A stretch of DNA of 50,570 nt, filler included, from Bipalium vagum (lineage: Eukaryota): NCBI GenBank assembly GCA_037834085.1. It is 3 parts of 3 records of this genome, joined end to end, with 100 filler letters (N's around TTAATTAATTAA, not from the genome) between each part and the next. Parts side by side here need not be neighbours in the genome. Positions count along the whole stretch, not along the records: positions 34,902 to 50,570 come from JBBMKC010153210.1; 2 more parts are not named here. The stretch is one strand, 5' to 3'. The notes under the pieces are model-generated. The model was not told the origin of the DNA. It saw only the letters and a list, made by a program, of their open reading frames with translations, and made no database searches. The first letter of the stretch is position 1. Every line of letters starts with the position of its first letter. Positions 49,773-50,570 of this stretch are shown here, piece after piece. Position numbers and translations under genes: made by a program.

Positions 49773-50357
49773 GTAATAATAATTTTTATTTTATATTCTT
49801 TCAATGAAAAAGGTTACTATTTGTTTTTAACAATTATGAATGAACGTTTATACTAAAAATAGTAACAGAATTTAAGAACGTTTTCTCAATTTCAAAACCA
49901 ATAAAGGCCTTTTTTGATTTTTCTGTCTAATTAGACAATATTTACACATGGGAAATATCGTTAATGTTTACTTATTGAAGAGTTTTGATCTAAATAAAAT
50001 TGTGTTTAACGATAATCCGAATGAGATTTCTTCATATTTAGGACTAATTTTCTTGGCCATGAGTGCTGTATAACAGTTATTATCTTCTGGTAACAAAACT
50101 AAACCAGTAGACCAAATATCATCTTTAGTATTTATTATTACTTTTAAAAACTGTTTAGTTTTTCTAAATTCTTTGAAGTTTATTTTCTAATAATTAACTT
50201 TTTCAGCAAGAAGAATTTCTGAGTTTTCAAATACTTTTTTATTTTCAATATTTTTACTTGCTCTTTCTAGTCCTGCCCTAAGGAAACCTTTCCTTTCATT
50301 ACTTAACTTCACTATTGGCCTTTCAAGTTTTTCTTTGGTGTTGGATTTGGAATATTA

Positions 50358-50570
50358 CAGTCAAACCCGTTTAATATCACGTCGTTTAATAACACACTTC
50401 GCATTATATCATTTTATATTTTATTACCAATTTTTTAGGTTTGACTGTGCTGCATTTGACATCGTTTAATATCAGTTCTCATATTGTCACTCATTGCTTA
50501 TTATCATTACTATAGTATTACAAATTAAATAATTAATTCTTTTAATATCATTAAAATAATTTGTTTTAAT
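50358..50570 (+). mobile_element. Probable left end of a pogo/Tigger-like element
   Basis: TA followed by cagtcaaacccgtttaatatcac, with three subterminal cgtttaata repeats. The partner end lies outside the window. Confidence 0.55.

Noticed and set aside
50439-50500. Possible next ABAT exon after ttttttag
   Set aside because: The translation does not match the expected CLxTTHSK motif, and it lies within the pogo-like terminal region.
1-50570. CRISPR arrays, prokaryotic operons or defence systems, tRNA or rRNA genes
   Set aside because: No repeat-spacer periodicity or RNA gene signature was seen. All genes are spliceosomal-intron-containing eukaryotic genes.

Overview
Very AT-rich, intron-containing animal (metazoan) genomic DNA, not prokaryotic. 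It contains two 100-nt assembly gaps carrying a TTAATTAATTAA linker. Host genes reconstructed by hand from splice sites and reading frame: (1) the first two exons of a CaMKI-like kinase (-); (2) a complete 3-exon, 228-aa gene encoding a divergent profilin-like domain behind a 94-aa charged N-terminal extension (-); (3) a multi-exon TRPM-type cation channel (-, about 16.9-34.5 kb, 5' end lost at the gap); (4) an LRSAM1-like LRR/coiled-coil/RING E3 ligase that apparently lacks its SAM domain (+); (5) the 5' half of GABA transaminase ABAT (+). Introns are bimodal: tiny (36-54 nt) or expanded to kilobases by decayed transposons. These include many mariner, Tc1/Tc3, DD37E-like and pogo/Tigger elements, a MITE, a Merlin fragment and an internally deleted Ty3/gypsy element. 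The architecture and protein divergence suggest a fast-evolving, possibly parasitic invertebrate, but the taxon cannot be determined from this window. The most notable items are the extended profilin-like protein, a 270-bp array of six hairpins inside an LTR-like element, the SAM/PSAP-less LRSAM1, two non-canonical splice sites, and a TRPM with no recognisable TRP box.
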